DNA of 63,210 nucleotides, filler included, from Octopus bimaculoides (Eukaryota): assembly GCF_001194135.2 (NCBI RefSeq). It is 7 parts of 7 records of this genome, joined end to end, with 100 filler letters (N's around TTAATTAATTAA, not from the genome) between each part and the next. Parts side by side here need not be neighbours in the genome. Positions count along the whole stretch, not along the records: positions 43,374 to 56,171 come from NC_068983.1; positions 56,272 to 60,886 come from NW_026329892.1; positions 60,987 to 63,210 come from NW_026338882.1; 4 more parts are not named here. The stretch is one strand, 5' to 3'. The position numbers were made by a program, and so were the translations under genes. Positions 50,541-63,210 of this stretch are shown in pieces. Each line of letters starts with the position of its first letter. Position 1 is the stretch's first letter. The notes under the pieces were generated by a model. The model was not told the origin of the DNA. It ran no database searches and worked only from the letters and a program-made list of their open reading frames with translations.

Positions 50541-52899
50541 TTTAATTGATTAATATTGTTTTACGGATCCGAAACTCCGAAAAGAACGGAAGGCAAAATG
50601 AACCCCGATATGATTTGAACTCAGTAAGTAAAGAAGTATAAATAAATACAACAAAGAATTGCATTTGCTCCGACTAAAATATCGATTTCCTACATAATCA
50701 CAATACCTCAAATTTAAAAGGCAAATAAAACGAGATTTATGGCATTCATTAATTGTTACAAGAACATTATCGGATTAATTACATAAAGAGAATTGTCTAC
50801 AACCAAATATTGTAGCCATTTCACAAGCGTTGCTCCATCATGATCTTATCACTATTCTACGAAACTTGGCTATAACATTGCTGTAGAGTTGCTGATAAAT
50901 AAGTATAATACACATTCATTATATAGTAGCTCTCTGTTCGTCAACCTCTTTCCAACCACATTATATTAGATTGCATAGCTGTGCCGTTATTGCCAGGAAA
51001 CTATGTACGACAGCAACAGGAAGTAGAAAACATTGCCATTACTTAATTAAAACAAATAGCAAGAATTAAACTGTCTACTTTCACTTTAAGAATATCTCAA
51101 GTGATAGTGAACTTGTTTTACCGATTGATTCAAACGGAAAAGAGTGCTTCATTGATAAATATGTACACTACTAGAATTTTTGAGCTCATGCTAACCACCT
51201 CATATAGTTATCGTCTCACAAACGAATCGACTATTTATTGAAGAATTAGGTTCATATCTTGTCAATGTTAACTTAATTCTAAGTTACAGTTGTAGGGGTG
51301 TTTAATGATACTGGTGAATCGATAAGATGCCAGGCTAGCGACTAAAAGGTCATTTTCCTTATCAAATATAATTAACTGTTATCACATTAAACTACGCAGC
51401 TCTGTGCATTTACTATGTAATATCACTCAATATTGTATGTAGTAGGAATACTGTGTAAGTTATGAATGTTACAATAGCGGAGGTTGTTTGAGTTCATATT
51501 CTATCAAGAATAAAACTTGAAGAAGAATGGGTTTCGACAGAATGGCGTGTCCTTTATAAGCGACATAATGAAGATGTTAACTTCAAGTAGTTCCCTTTAA
51601 CTATGAATTATAGAGTCTCCGCATAACAGTTTTGTTTACTTAATATCTTTAAATAAGTAGTCGGAGAATTGCAAATGACCTAGTCAATATAAGTGGTTGT
51701 TCGTATTTTGTAACTGGTGTAATTTTGAGTTCATAATTTTCAGATAAATGGAGTAACAAACCCACTAATCTGAAAATAAATATCACAGAGCAATAATGTT
51801 GATAGCTGCTGGAAAAGACAGCATAATAAACTAGAAGAGTTTTTCTGGCTTGCAATATTGTGTTCAAATTCTCCTACAGGCGTGTCCACAATAATGATTT
51901 GAATCCACATCTGTGTCCCCAAATATCCTATAACAACTTTCGAGATTGGGAATCGACTGGTTTGCCACCTTTCCGACTTAAATTTAACAACGGCTTTAAC
52001 TAATAATCAATAAAGCAATTTTGTTAACCTTCAAAATTGCTTGATTTTAACCTAATTTTATACTTTTTTAACCTTATCTTTTAACTTTATTAGCAGATTT
52101 TAACGTCAAACCTTATTATTATTACAATTAAACCTTGGGAGAGGCATTATGCCGGTAATAAACACACGCACTGGTTCAGTCCTTTATTAATTTATATAGT
52201 TTTTTATTAAATTATTTCATTGCACTCTTGCAATCTCTTCAGTAACTTGTCTCTCCACTTCCATTTATTTCGAATGTATGATCTGGCGTTGTTTTGGCGT
52301 TGTTTTGGCGTTGTTTCGAAACTGTTTGGTATGAGCATGTGAGTGTGTGCAAGCTCGTATGTGTGCACGCTCATATGTGTGCACGCACTTATGTGTTCGT
52401 GCTTATATGTAAGTATGTGCTTCCATATGTGTGTTTGTAACAATTTCGTTTATATCAGATCAGATAGAGACTTTTTAATTAATTTATTTACGTTCATATT
52501 CCGCATCATATGTGTGAACAACACATGCAACCATGGGCAATTGTAAGGCCCTCATCTACCTGTATTTGGTGTTTAAAATTGGTTGCGTTTCAGTTATTAT
52601 TATTAATAAATCCATAAACATTAGGGGGTTCACTCTACCTGCGATTACTGTATTATATACGAGTATTGTCAAAACAAATTTTAAAAATTAACTATTGTGA
52701 AAATTTGTGATAGTACAATATGATATAACGCTTTATATTTGTAGGCAAAACATTCCTGTATTTTGCAAGGATTTTTTTCAACATTGAAAAACTACACTCT
52801 ATAGCAGCTGATGTCACTTGATATTGTATCAGATCATAGGGTGAAATCTTGGTGTTCATTAGTTAAATTATCAAATTGATTTAGTTTTTATAGAACCTA

Positions 52900-53950
52900 A
52901 AATCTATGTTATTTATAGATCCTTTGAGGCTTTTGTAAGTATCGTAGATGGTGAAGGCTGTTAACTCAGCTTTCAAATTCAACTCTTAACTGCAGATAGT
53001 CTGAACAGATTTGTGTGGGGTTAGTCCTGATCTCAGGATTTCGCACAGCTACTTTCGCTCTCTACACCAAAATGCCTTCGTCTTAAAATTTTTGTAACTG
53101 CTGCAAGATTCTAGTAATCCAACTAGTTACACCACCTAATCACAGTTGGCTGAGTGAAGTATCCGATTGTTTTCGATTGCTCTCAACTATGTTTGCTTTT
53201 TACAGTAGCAGTCTTGACGGTGGCAATCAAACAATTGACTAAATAATAGAAAGCCTTTATTTTTAGACCAGTGTTGCTGTAGGTGGGACAGCAGGTTACA
53301 TGGAAGAATTTAGAGTTCACAACTTGCACTGTTTCTCCAGCATCTAACATACAATGAGCAGTATCAGACAACTATGAGAACATTTTCTCTTAGAACCGCC
53401 ATACTGCTTAGCGATCTGAGCGGTAACTAAAGCAAACATTCTATAAAGAACATGTTTTGAGGATTTTTAAGTGAACCAAGTACATTAACATTTTGTTTTT
53501 ATCAATCTTAATTTCAATAAACGGTCGTAGTCTAATGACTGGAACAAATAAAAGAAAAATTTTAAATACATTTTTTGATCAGGCATGCAGTTCTTGCAGT
53601 TATCAATCATATTTGCACTAAGTATATTTTCGGCACGTAGATTGAGATGGCAGTGGTTTATTAATAGAATCAAAGAGACTACTCAAATTTAGATTAATGA
53701 GCATGTGAAAAGGAATGTCGGCCTCAAGAAACGCTTTGGTCACCATTGTGTCCCAAGATTTATCGTTTTCGATAAATTAAAATGATTTGATAGACGGTGG
53801 GTGTTCAATTTTAGTAGTCTTTTAAAGATAGTTTTGATGCTTCTTCTCGTTCAACAAAATGTCTTTTATCGCATTTAACATCGACGAGGCACAGTCTGCT
53901 GCGTAATTGGTTATTGTGAGTCAATACAAACTCTTTTGAGAATTTTTTTG
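52900..53950 (-). mobile_element. Decayed hAT-superfamily transposase (CGGBP1-like type)
   Basis: Fragments KAFLEADIPFHMLIN, KPLPSQSTCRK, SDTAHCMLDAGETVQVVNSKFFHVTC, LIATVKTATVK. Confidence 0.65.
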
Positions 53951-54656
53951 TAAACTCAAGGGTTGTTGCCTCCTGACATTTTTTGGCTATGGCATCTGAG
54001 TTAATAATAAGAAAATCATATTAATCAAATTTATAATTATTTGAAACAGGAACTCCATAACCAGCTTCAAAAAGATCTAGCAACGCAACAGAAAAAGAAA
54101 ACTATTCAATTCAATTACCCTCAAATTTACATAATAGTTACCAAATTTAGACGATACATAAAAAAGTATATATCGAAATGTTATTGCAAAACAGCTAGCA
54201 TAGTGTACATTTAAGTATTATGAAAACAATAGCAAAGAAAATAACTTATTTTCTATGGTAACTTTAAAATTCCTAAATAACAGGTGCAAATAATTAAAAC
54301 TGTAAGTAAATACACTTACAATTTGATGATATTAAACAATTCTATTCTTAAAGAGGCATGTTTCATGAATTGGAGAAAAAATGCAAATAATCAATATTAG
54401 CGGTTGGTATCGATCACCAATAACTAATATTGGTAAAAGTACTTTGAAGTCGGAAATCTGTCTTAAGAAAAACTATACAGACATGCTAGACTTTTGCTTA
54501 TGTTCAGATGACTGGACACACATAGTGTCAAATAATTTTCAACATCGAGGGGTAGGACAAGCTATACAGTATGCTAAAAATATTTCCGCAGTGGTAGTCC
54601 AAAATAACAGCTCTACTGAAAACTAGCAGAAATATATCAAATTTAAGTTTAATCAT

Positions 54657-54700
<44 letters not shown>

Positions 54701-57490
54701 ATACATATATTTAAAATTTGTATATATATATCTCAATGATTTTATTCTGTTCAGTATCTAATTTTCTTTTCAGTAAAATTTCAATTTTTTAAAACTTTAT
54801 TTTAACTTTATTAAAGGGGTTTTAACTTTATTAGTTTTAAAAATTGATTAATACGATGAATAATTGTTAAACAAAAGCTTTCAATCTTTTGTTTTATCTT
54901 TGAAACAAACGTTTTTTTTTTTATTAATTAATTGCCTTAATAATAAATCTTCGTCTTCCTGCTTCTCTGTTACAATGTACCACAAAATTATTTGAACTAT
55001 TTAGCATTTTTTAATGTGTTTAAACCTTACGAAAAATAAAAGCATCTTTGTTAGTATTCAGGACTGAATTTACCTGCTCAGTATGATATTTGTGGCAAAC
55101 TCCTGAAATGCGTTTCGACTCCTGTTGAGCTTCATTCAGTCTTCATAATTACATTCTTTTTCTTTTTGATAAAGAATTAGGACATTCCTCACCCTCAGTG
55201 TCTTCTTCATATTCCTTGGAATATGGTACATATGAGTAGAATCATTCAGTCTTTCATATCACAGTAGTATTCCATTTTCTTTTTGCCATCAGTAATAAGT
55301 GCAAATCATCCAACCGGTTTCATTTGAAAGTATCTACTGTCGCTCGATCTGCTAAAAAATAATTTTTCTTAAATCACGCCTTACCATCTTAAAAAGAATG
55401 TATTTATTGATATAGTCATAAAAATATTGTTTGTAAAAATTGAATGGTTTTGGTTAGAAAGTTTCTCACCATATTTCTACTTGAACAAGGCTTAGGCAAA
55501 ACCAACAGCTCTATATACATTATAAAAAGACAGTTTTAGATGTAGCTCAATGAATCATTGTGAGATGTTCTATTTTTTTCACTTCAACTAAAATTGACTG
55601 CTGGTCTACTTGGAAAACTTCCAGTAGACAAAGTTATCCGTCTACGAAGCATTCTAGTGTTATAGCAACTATACTTGTCTACATACATTACCGTTGCATG
55701 TTAGGTAAAATTACTTTGAATGAGAATCGAAACTTAATTCAGGACAGGTTTATTTAAGAAACTATTCCCAAATCACCATGCCAGCCGAATTCAAAAAAAT
55801 ATACTAAACGACAACACAGCATTCCAAAGTTGTTTCAATCTGAGTAAGATATGATTTTAGTAAATATATTTGCTAAAAGATTATATGCCTTTCTGCAATT
55901 CTTGGCATAAGGCCAGAAAATGCGAAGAGGAATAGTCGACTAAATCAACTGGCATTCATTTTATCAATTCCGAAAAGATGAAAGACAAATCACCGCTAGC
56001 GTTCAAATGAGATTTAGTAAATGTATATACATTTTTAGATAATATACGCTTCTTTGCATTTATTGGCGTAAGACCATGAATTGAATCAACCCTAGTTCTC
56101 GACTGACATTTATTTTTATCAATTCTGGAAGGGATGAAAGACAAATATCAACATAAGTGCGATTTGAAATCNNNNNNNNNNNNNNNNNNNNNNNNNNNNN
56201 NNNNNNNNNNNNNNNTTAATTAATTAANNNNNNNNNNNNNNNNNNNNNNNNNNNNNNNNNNNNNNNNNNNNGTTCAAATTCCGCCGAGGTCGACTTTGCC
56301 CTTCATCCTTTCGGGATCGATTAAATAAGTACCAGTTACGCACTTAATCCGTTTGTCTGTCCTTGTTTGTCCCCTCTGTGTGTAGCCCGTTGTGGGTAGT
56401 AAAGAAATAACACACACACATACACACACACACATACATTCAACAAAAAGTAAATATTTTCATTCAAAAGAAATAGAAAACGCAGACATATCTAGTCTGA
56501 ACATGCACGTGCAGCCTAGGTTGTGAAAGCAGACATTATCGNNNNNNNNNNNNNNNNNNNNNNNNNNNNNNNNNNNNNNNNNNNNNNNNNNNNNNNNNNN
56601 NNNNNNNNNNNNNNNNNNNNNNNNNNNNNNNNNNNNNNNNNNNNNNNNNNNNNNNNNNNNNNNNNNNNNNNNNNNNNNNNNNNNNNNNNNNNNNNNNNNN
56701 NNNNNNNNNNNNNNNNNNNNNNNNNNNNNNNNNNNNNNNNNNNNNNNNNNNNNNNNNNNNNNNNNNNNNNNNNNNNNNNNNNNNNNNNNNNNNNNNNNNN
56801 NNNNNNNNNNNNNNNNNNNNNNNNNNNNNNNNNNNNNNNNNNNNNNNNNNNNNNNNNNNNNNNNNNNNNNNNNNNNNNNNNNNNNNNNNNNNNNNNNNNN
56901 NNNNNNNNNNNNNNNNNNNNNNNNNNNNNNNNNNNNNNNNNNNNNNNNNNNNNNNNNNNNNNNNNNNNNNNNNNNNNNNNNNNNNNNNNNNNNNNNNNNN
57001 NNNNNNNNNNNNNNNNNNNNNNNNNNNNNNNNNNNNNNNNNNNNNNNNNNNNNNNNNNNNNNNNNNNNNNNNNNNNNNNNNNNNNNNNNNNNNNNNNNNN
57101 NNNNNNNNNNNNNNNNNNNNNNNNNNNNNNNNNNNNNNNNNNNNNNNNNNNNNNNNNNNNNNNNNNNNNNNNNNNNNNNNNNNNNNNNNNNNNNNNNNNN
57201 NNNNNNNNNNNNNNNNNNNNNNNNNNNNNNNNNNNNNNNNNNNNNNNNNNAAACTTGAGGGGATCGATTGGTTTGGCTAAATTTTTCGTCACCGTGCCCC
57301 AGCATGGCCGCAGTCTAATGAGTGAAACAAGGAAAAAATAAAAAGATATATTGTCCGTTCATTGCAAGTGGGACGTGGCACCAAAATGGTTGAGAACCCT
57401 TACTCTAGGCATTCTACTATATATTCAGTTATTTCAAAGAAAACATTCAAATATAAAAGACTAATAAATTTAAGTTTAAAAAAAAACGGT

Positions 57491-57563
57491 AGGTTCCAGC
57501 GAGTCTCGAACTCGCGACCTTCTGCGTGTTAAGCAGATGTGATAACCACTACACCATGGAACC
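57491..57563 (-). tRNA. tRNA-Val(AAC)
   Basis: Perfect cloverleaf GGTTCCA/TGGAACC, anticodon arm TCTGC-TTAACAC-GCAGA, T-arm GCGAG-TTCGAGA-CTCGC, T-run downstream; base 73 is T. Confidence 0.9.
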
Positions 57564-58442
57564 ACATAGCTATCGGTGGTCATCCTACAGTGTCAAATTA
57601 ATAGCGGAAACTGAGGTATTTCAGTGATGTTACATCGATGGAACAGCTGCGCTTCTGGGAGAGACTGAAAGAGCTACGATTCTACTCCTTGGAGCAAAGA
57701 CGGGAGAGGTATACAGTGATGTATATCTGGAAGATACTCGGGGGCTGGCACCAAACTGACGTGCTTAACGCTTCTGCCAGCTCGATGCCTTTGCCATTGT
57801 AATGATATAAAATAGGAGCTGCTATGCCTGTATGGTTAAGAAACTCGCTTTGCAACAACGTGATTTCAGGTTCAGTTCCACTGCGCGGCTCCTGGAGCAA
57901 GTGTCTTCTACTATATCAGGTTGTCCAATACCACGTGGGTGAACTTGGTAAATGGAAACTGTGTGATACACGCCACCGGACCCAGAACTAGACATCACTG
58001 CACTGTTCCAAAGATCCCAGCTACCACATCTAGAGTGAGGACCAAGTACTGCGACAGCTTGGGATTCAGGGGCCCATAGCTGTTTAACTCCTTGCCAAAA
58101 CATCTGAGGAATCTTCATGGAGTAGGAAGCAGAGTAGATGTTTTCGAGAAACAACTTGACCTTTTGCTATCCAAAGTCCCCGGATGAACCAATATCAAGG
58201 CAGGAGACTCAAACGTGGGCTGCAGTGTCGATCCCACCTCCTTCACCAAAAGCCAATCACATAAAATTGGCCATTGAAAAGGTGATTACACTGGAAAGAT
58301 TGTCTATACTGCTGTAGTTGAAGAGACATACGTATTTGTATTAAAAAGAATTTTGTACCAAATAAAATGAAATGAAACAACGCCAACATCACAACATCTA
58401 AAAACTATCTTTAAATAGTTTAATAAAAGCTGACAAACATGT

Positions 58443-58515
58443 GGTTCCATGGTGTAGTGGTTATCACATCTGCTTAACACGCAGAAGGTCGTGAGTTCGA
58501 AACTCGCTGGAACCT
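58443..58515 (+). tRNA. tRNA-Val(AAC)
   Basis: Same body, T-arm GTGAG/CTCGC, T-run 3'; base 73 is T. Confidence 0.9.
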
Positions 58516-58597
58516 ATATCTTTTTTTTAAATAAATTTGATAATTCTAGTCTTTTGTTTAGATGTTTTCTATGAAGTAACTGAATAAATAGGGGCAT

Positions 58598-58655
58598 TCT
58601 CCACAATTTAAGGTTCACTCTGCTTAACATGCAAAAGGTCTTGAGTTCGAAACCT
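58598..58655 (+). pseudogene. Partial tRNA-Val(AAC) pseudogene (3' two-thirds)
   Basis: TCTGCTTAACATGCAAAAGGTCTTGAGTTCGAAAC; 5' part unrelated to the tRNA. Confidence 0.8.
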
Positions 58656-59105
58656 ANNNNNNNNNNNNNNNNNNNNNNNNNNNNNNNNNNNNNNNNNNNN
58701 NNNNNNNNNNNNNNNNNNNNNNNNNNNNNNNNNNNNNNNNNNNNNNNNNNNNNNNNNNNNNNNNNNNNNNNNNNNNNNNNNNNNNNNNNNNNNNNNNNNN
58801 NNNNNNNNNNNNNNNNNNNNNNNNNNNNNNNNNNNNNNNNNNNNNNNNNNNNNNNNNNNNNNNNNNNNNNNNNNNNNNNNNNNNNNNNNNNNNNNNNNNN
58901 NNNNNNNNNNNNNNNNNNNNNNNNNNNNNNNNNNNNNNNNNNNNNNNNNNNNNNNNNNNNNNNNNNNNNNNNNNNNNNNNNNNNNNNNNNNNNNNNNNNN
59001 NNNNNNNNNNNNNNNNNNNNNNNNNNNNNNNNNNNNNNNNNNNNNNNNNNNNNNNNNNNNNNNNNNNNNCAAATTTAATTAAAAAAAAAAGAAAAAAATA
59101 ATAGT

Positions 59106-59175
59106 AGGTTCCAACGAGTTTCGAACTCAAGACCTTTTGCATGTTAAGCAGAATGAACCCTAAATTGTAGACAGT
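59106..59175 (-). pseudogene. Partial tRNA-Val(AAC) pseudogene
   Basis: Anticodon arm to 3' end retained; acceptor 5' strand and D-arm replaced. Confidence 0.8.
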
Positions 59176-59259
59176 GCCCCTATTTATTCAGTTACTTCAT
59201 AGAAAACATATAAACAAAAGACTAGAATTATCAAATTTAATTAAAAAAAAAAAACTAAT

Positions 59260-59332
59260 AGGTTCCAGCGAGTTTCGAACTCACGACCTTCTGCGTGTTA
59301 AGCAGATGTGATAACCACTACACCATGGAACC
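59260..59332 (-). tRNA. tRNA-Val(AAC)
   Basis: Identical to the 58443 copy in reverse orientation. Confidence 0.9.
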
Positions 59333-59659
59333 ACATGGCTTTCTGCATTTATTAAACTATTTAAGGATAGTTTTTAGATGTTGTGATGTTGGCGTTGTTT
59401 CATTTCATTTAATTTGGTGCAAAATTCTTTTTAATACGAATACGTATGTCTCTGCTACTATAGCCGTATAGATAATCTTTCTAATATTGCCACAAGGTTA
59501 TCGATTTTGTGAGACGGGGTTAAATCTATTTCATCGACTTCACTGTTCGACTGGAACTAATTTTATCAACCGCGAAGGGATAAGCAAAGTCGAACTCGGC
59601 GAAATTTGAACTGACGGCGTAAAACTGGCAAATTGCTGTTAAAACTGAATAAATAGGGG

Positions 59660-59730
59660 CACTGTCCACAATTTAGGGTTCATTCTGCTTAACATGCAAA
59701 AGGTCTTGAGTTCGAAACTCGTTGGAACCT
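59660..59730 (+). pseudogene. Partial tRNA-Val(AAC) pseudogene
   Basis: Inverted copy of 59106-59175. Confidence 0.8.
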
Positions 59731-60089
59731 ACTATTATTTTTTTCTTTTTTTTTTAATTAAATTTGCTAATACTAGTCTTTTATGTTTTGATGTTTTCTT
59801 TGAGGTAACTAAATTTTTTATTTTTTATTTTTTCTTAACAATTTAGTGCCATTGTCTTTTATATGTGGATGTTTTCTTTGAAATATCTGAATACATAGTA
59901 GAATGCCTCAAATAATGGTTCTCAGTCACTTTGGTTCCACGCTCCGCTTTCAATTTGACAGGATCGCACCCGAGCATGTACGGACAGTATATCCTTTATC
60001 TTCTATCTCCTTGATTCAATCATTGAACTACGGCCATGCTGGAGCACGGTGATAAAATGAAAAAAAAAAAAAATTAATGAAGCGGCGTT

Positions 60090-60155
60090 GTAGGTTTCGA
60101 ACTCAAGACCTTTTGCATGTTAAGCAGAGCGAAGCCTAAATTGTGGAGAATGCCC
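60090..60155 (-). pseudogene. Partial tRNA-Val(AAC) pseudogene
   Basis: Same variant as 58598-58655. Confidence 0.75.
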
Positions 60156-60229
60156 CTATTTTTTCAGTTACTTCATAGAAAACATCTAAACAAAAGACTA
60201 GAATTATCAAATTTATTAAAAGAAAAAAT

Positions 60230-60302
60230 AGATTCCAGCGAGTTTCGAACTCACGACCTTCTGCGTGTTAAGCAGATGTGATAGCCACTACACCATGGAA
60301 CC
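60230..60302 (-). tRNA. tRNA-Val(AAC) variant (G2-U71 wobble, D-loop GGCTA)
   Basis: Full cloverleaf with two substitutions relative to the 59260 copy. Confidence 0.75.
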
Positions 60303-61531
60303 ACATGCTTGTCTGCTTTTATTAAATTATTTAAAGATAGTTTTTAGACGTTATGATGTTGGCGTTGTTTCATTTCATTTAATCTGGTGCAAAATTCTTT
60401 TTAATACGAATACGTATGTCTCTGCAACTATAGCATTATAGACAATCTTTCTAATATTGTCACAAGGTTATCGATTTTGTGAGACGGGGTTAAATCGATT
60501 TCATCGACCTCACTGTTCGACTGGTACTAATTTTATCAACCGCGAAGGGATAAGCAAAGACGAACTCGGAGAAATTTGAACTCACAGCGTAAAACCGGAC
60601 AAAATGCTGTTAAAACATTTTGTCTGGCGTGCTTAATGCCTTTGCGATTGTAATGATATAAAATAGGTGCGGCTATGCTTGTATGCTTAAGAAACTCGCT
60701 TTGCAACAACGTGATTTCAGGGTCAATTATATCGTTGCTATTATGCAAAAGTGTCGTAAGTCCAAATCGTTGCTGTTTCAGAAAACGAAAAAAATAGTTG
60801 CACCATTCTATAGCAAAACTACGCTTTGAAAATTTTTGATATCTGAAGCAGCTGGAGATACGATAGTTTGACCAAAACAACCGGTTNNNNNNNNNNNNNN
60901 NNNNNNNNNNNNNNNNNNNNNNNNNNNNNNTTAATTAATTAANNNNNNNNNNNNNNNNNNNNNNNNNNNNNNNNNNNNNNNNNNNNTTGCTCAGATTGCT
61001 TTCAATTTTGGTGTATCGATGCAACTCTGAATTTTGTTTACGATCAACCAATTACTTTCTCTCGTAAATTAAAGAATCTGACTAAAGAATCTAAAACGGG
61101 CAAATTTAGATAATGTTAGCCAATCTACAGACAGTTTTACGATCCTGAGTGCAACACCCTAACCACTAAGTCACGCACTTTCACTGTATGCTATTTCATA
61201 TATGCCTAATTTACTAAGCTGTTGAGATTCATTTCACTGGTCGCTCTGAGTTATCGTTCTGAGGAATTTCAACCATGTTTCGTGGTCTGCTACCACAACA
61301 GCTCCTTTATAGGATCCAGTTAGCTCAAGACATCATCAGGAGGAACCACGTCCGGTTTCGGCCCCTACTCCTCTACCGTTTTGACGTGGCGCGGCCCCTC
61401 CTTTCGGAGGTGTCTTCAGCTCTGGTGTTGGGTGCACGTCTTCTTTCTTCTATTCCCTGGCCTCTTCGATGCAGCATCAACGAGTGTCAGCGTCCGACTG
61501 ATCGTCATGTCAAGTTCCCTTTTTTATATCT

Positions 61532-61689
61532 GCTGCTAGGCTCCATTAGGCAGCCCCAGCTAGTTGTCACGTGACACTGTCTAAATTTCCCGCTGCTAGG
61601 GTCCAGTAGGCAGCACCAGCAAGTTGTCACATGACGCCGTCTAAACTTCCCGCTCCTAGGCTCCAGCAAGTTGTCACATGACACTGTCT
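61532..61689. repeat. 60-bp GC-rich tandem repeat, ~2.8 copies
   Basis: Units start at 61532, 61592 and 61652; the third has an internal deletion. Confidence 0.9.
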
Positions 61690-62313
61690 GAACTTTAACT
61701 GACAATGGAGGGCGCGAAGCCACTTCAGTGTCAGCCTGTCTCACCTAGACATGTTATGACTTTCAAGCCATATTCGGTCTTCCCGCTTCAGTCATATATA
61801 GAAGCTGGCTTTTTCGACCGCCTCCTGTATCCTCATTTTTTTGTTTGAATTCATCACATACAACCAAGGAAATGTTTGTCTAGCTACCAAGCAGGTTGAT
61901 AAGCACTGTATCATTTTGGACCTTCATTGTACAGAGGCTAAATTCATTGTCTATATATTCATGCAAGATGCGATTTAATATCTTCCAGCTGAAAAGAGAC
62001 ACAAATCGAACTATGAAATCATGAAATTATTCTATCTTCTGAGTAAACATAGCAGCAAAAAGTAGATTGTATCGGTCAACGAGTGCTGCAGCCAATCATT
62101 TGACCCCGTTCCAACAAATCGTTATCTACCTCAACACACTGGCAGCGAGAAACAAGCTACTGCAACTGTTTTTTGCCATCGCCATCTGACGTAATTCCTC
62201 AGAAACCTTCATTAGTAGCTTGTCAGAATCAGATTCCATTGTGTAACACATATCAAAAACACATCATCACAATCTTCACCACCACAACCACCACCACCAC
62301 CACCACCACCACC

Positions 62314-62358
<45 letters not shown>

Positions 62359-62387
62359 NNNNNNNNNNCACCACCACCACCACCACC

Positions 62388-62439
<52 letters not shown>

Positions 62440-63161
62440 TTGCTGCTGCTACTACTAGTGTTATAGTACTACTACTTGCTGCAAGCGACATACAGCAGTA
62501 ACCCAAACCCGCCGCCACCATGACCAGCTCCACGAGTAGCACCACTGCTAACACCACCAAGACCACCATCCCTCCACAACCATAAAAAACTACCACCACC
62601 AACAACACCAACCATCACCTCCACCATCATCAAGACACCGTTGGCACCAACACTCAGTATCACCAGCATCATTACTACAACTCACTATCTATTATTACTA
62701 CTACTACTACTACTATGGTGATCAACGATTTTTTTGTCCCCTTATCCCTTTATAAACCAAAAGACAAAAAATCGATTTTTTTCCTTTCCAAAACTCTTAC
62801 CACGACCAGCCTCAAGGAAATTACAGATCTGGAAACATTGACTCTTCTTCCAGTCGTACTTCGTCTTCACTACTTGGAACGTCTTACATATACGATTTCT
62901 AACATGATAATATAGAAAATACGGCAAGTGGGATTATTCAGAAAAGTAAAGATTATGTACATCTACCGACTTTATTTCTTAATTTCTTTATTGTCGGAAT
63001 ACGATGCATATGCAGGATTTCGATACGAAAACACGTTCTGAAACCTTTTCCAAATTCTTATTATTTATCTTAGGAGATACCAGATCTTTTGGGGAATTAT
63101 CTCACTTCAAGTATCTTTATGATAAGAAACCATAGCTGTTCGTCTTAATGATGTATACATG

Positions 63162-63210
<49 letters not shown>

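Noticed and set aside
55150-55310. LITDGKRKWNTT, resembling the hAT TRWNS motif
   Set aside because: Too short and stop-ridden to report as a separate feature.
57491-60302. Repeated ~70-bp units as a CRISPR-like array
   Set aside because: The units are tRNA genes and pseudogenes in mixed orientation in eukaryotic DNA; no unique spacers or cas genes.

Overview
AT-rich, microsatellite-dense, gapped eukaryotic genomic DNA. The repeat families resemble those of Octopus/coleoid cephalopods (inference from recall, not a search). Most of the window is transposon debris: several tRNA-derived SINE families, piggyBac-type MITEs, R4/Dong, RTE, L1/Tx1 and Penelope-like (PLE) retroelements, and mariner and hAT fragments. 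There are weak traces of two divergent host genes: minus-strand exon candidates at 8.8-21.6 kb and plus-strand exon candidates at 27.9-28.5 kb. A cluster of tRNA-Val(AAC) genes lies at 57.5-60.3 kb. The most striking signal is three unrelated families of small non-coding elements carrying type I hammerhead ribozyme (HHR) motifs with palindromic mini-stem III. In all four loci the intact ribozyme is preceded by an inverted, partial or decayed copy of itself, and three of the four loci abut (TA)n. One family fuses a Pol III tRNA-like head to the ribozyme. This looks like a PLE-dependent set of ribozyme-bearing non-autonomous elements. All alignments and folds were done by eye; nothing was computed beyond the supplied ORF track.
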